NCBI GenBank assembly: GCA_030390025.1
Contig: CM059433.1
Span: 15,378,001 to 15,442,000, forward strand
Length of the DNA: 64,000 nucleotides
Source of the DNA: Squalus acanthias
Taxonomy: Eukaryota
Direction: 5' to 3'
Below, one piece after another: positions 62,334 to 64,000 of the stretch (positions are counted from its first letter, which is position 1; each line of letters starts with the position of its first letter). Under the pieces are notes generated by a model. It was given only the letters and a program-made list of their open reading frames with translations. It was not told where the DNA came from and made no database searches. Made by a program: the position numbers and the translations under genes.

Positions 62334-63519
62334 ATTTAGTTTGCAAATACACATAATTTCTAAGTAAATTTTAACAGAATAAGTGTAATCATGTCATTTG
62401 TTTTGATGTTGACGCACAAATAATATTGCCCTGGTTTTTTTTTTTATCCGACAAGACAGCTATTATGTCTGGTCTTTGAAAATGGATTAATGTAACTGCA
62501 GATGACGAGGAGATTTTCTTGATCAGGTGTGGTGTAAATGAGAGTGATCCAAGTAACTCATTGTATTATAATGGGATGCAGTGAAGATAGGAAACTGACC
62601 TTATACATTGTGGTTTCCGCCCTTCGCCAATTGAGATCTCATCCATCAGGTGACATTTCCTTCTTCACATATAAGTAAGTCCCTGGCAGTTTGAAGTTAT
62701 GGACTAATGTCTCCATGGGGACTAGGCTGAGGCTGCCACAATTCATTTCATTTATGATTCTTAACAGCTATAACTGTTGACCTTCATCATCTCTCCCTGT
62801 GCTGTCTCTTAAAGTGAAGAGTACTGACAGATCAGTGTCTCCATCATCAGTTTTCTATTTGGGGGGAATAATTAAGGTCGAGCGTGATCCTGTTGAATGA
62901 AAGATGCTTCAGTGTTCTTTAGAAAAAGAGCTATGCTGTCCTTTAAGTTTAATTGCAGAAAATGCATCTTTTCCCCTTTTTGAAAACCAGTTTCCTCCCC
63001 ACCTTTGCCCTGAATACAGTGACTCATGGAGGGATATAATTGTACAGGGGCCAGCAGCTCTCCAATATCACACCTAATTAACCATCTTTCTTGAAGGCGA
63101 TGGCCTTGATTTGCGGCCAGGCAGCGCAGGTTTTTTGGGTGCTAAACGGTGTCCTAAGCCTCCAATATGTCGGGCAGGACGCATATGCTCAGTCAGAGCT
63201 CATGAGGCCAAACATTCGGCATGCAGTGACCATACCAGAAACAGGGATTAGATATTTACAAATGCTAATAACGGACCTACAACCTGTTTGAGGCAACTGC
63301 TGAAAGATTGGTTTGCCCTGAGGCAGCTAACGCCGGCTGCACTCAGATAAAGCAGGTCTAAGTGCGGTGTAAGATCGGTCCTTAGTGGGTGATGTTGTAA
63401 ATCATTCTTAGCCGGATATAGATCTAGGAGGAGCAGCAGTGCTGCTCATGACACCACATTCATAGAGTGTGCGCTGTTAAGGCCACTGCAAGCCCCCACC
63501 CCGATCACCACCTCTGTCA

Positions 63520-64000
63520 CAGCGACATCTCCCCGATCCTCAGCATGACCTCTCCCTAATCCTCAAATACTACCTCTCCCCGATCCTCACCGCGACCTCC
63601 CCCCGATCCTCACCGCGACCTCTCCCCGATCCTCAAATACTACCTCTCCCCGAATATCACCGCAATCTGCCCCCGATCCTCACCACAATCTGCCCCCGAT
63701 CCTCACCGCGACCTCTCCCCGATCCTCACCGCGACCTCTCCCCGATCCTCACCGCTACCTCCCCTTGATCCTCACCGCGACCTCTCCCCGATCCTCACCG
63801 CTACCTCCCCGATCCTCACCGCGACCTCCCCCCGATCCTCACCGCTACCTCCCCGATCCTCACCGCGACCTCCCCCCGATCCTCACCGCTACCTCCCCCG
63901 ATCCTCACCGCGACCTCCCCCCGATCCTCACCGCGACCTCCCCCCGATCCTCACCGCGACCTCTCCCCGATCCTCACCGCGACCTCCCCCCGATCCTCAC
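63520..64000. repeat. CpG-rich minisatellite, unit about 23 bp (GATCCTCACCGCGACCTCTCCCC), running off the window
   Basis: About 20 head-to-tail units of 21-23 bp, more degenerate at the left edge. Confidence 0.95.

Noticed and set aside
62590..62860. Minus-strand host exon with plausible splice sites
   Set aside because: All three frames contain stops and no product is recognisable.
63520..64000. CRISPR array
   Set aside because: Units are contiguous with no unique spacers, no cas genes, and the context is eukaryotic.

Overview
Eukaryotic, transposon-saturated DNA, most likely from a cartilaginous fish (Deu-domain tRNA SINEs resembling shark SacSINE1, abundant CR1-group LINEs). I could not identify any host gene with confidence. 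The window is dominated by a cluster of about 7 PIF/Harbinger DNA transposons (GGG-start TIRs of about 13-15 bp, 3-bp TSDs, a DDE transposase and a 3-exon Myb/SANT gene arranged tail-to-tail) plus many Harbinger-type MITEs. One apparently young copy (47700-51172, TSD TTG) keeps a fully open spliced 448-aa Myb/SANT gene beside an internally deleted transposase. Also present: a Neptune-like Penelope retroelement (RT + GIY-YIG) with an inverted pLTR; short Penelope-derived hairpin elements; 7 minimal hammerhead-ribozyme motifs with covarying stems; a deleted endogenous retrovirus (integrase plus an env with an Ig-like motif) nested inside a Harbinger; three solo LTRs; CR1-group LINE fragments of several ages; SINEs; a TA-flanked MITE; and a terminal 23-bp minisatellite. 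Nested insertions give a relative chronology. All family names come from motif recognition, not database searches.
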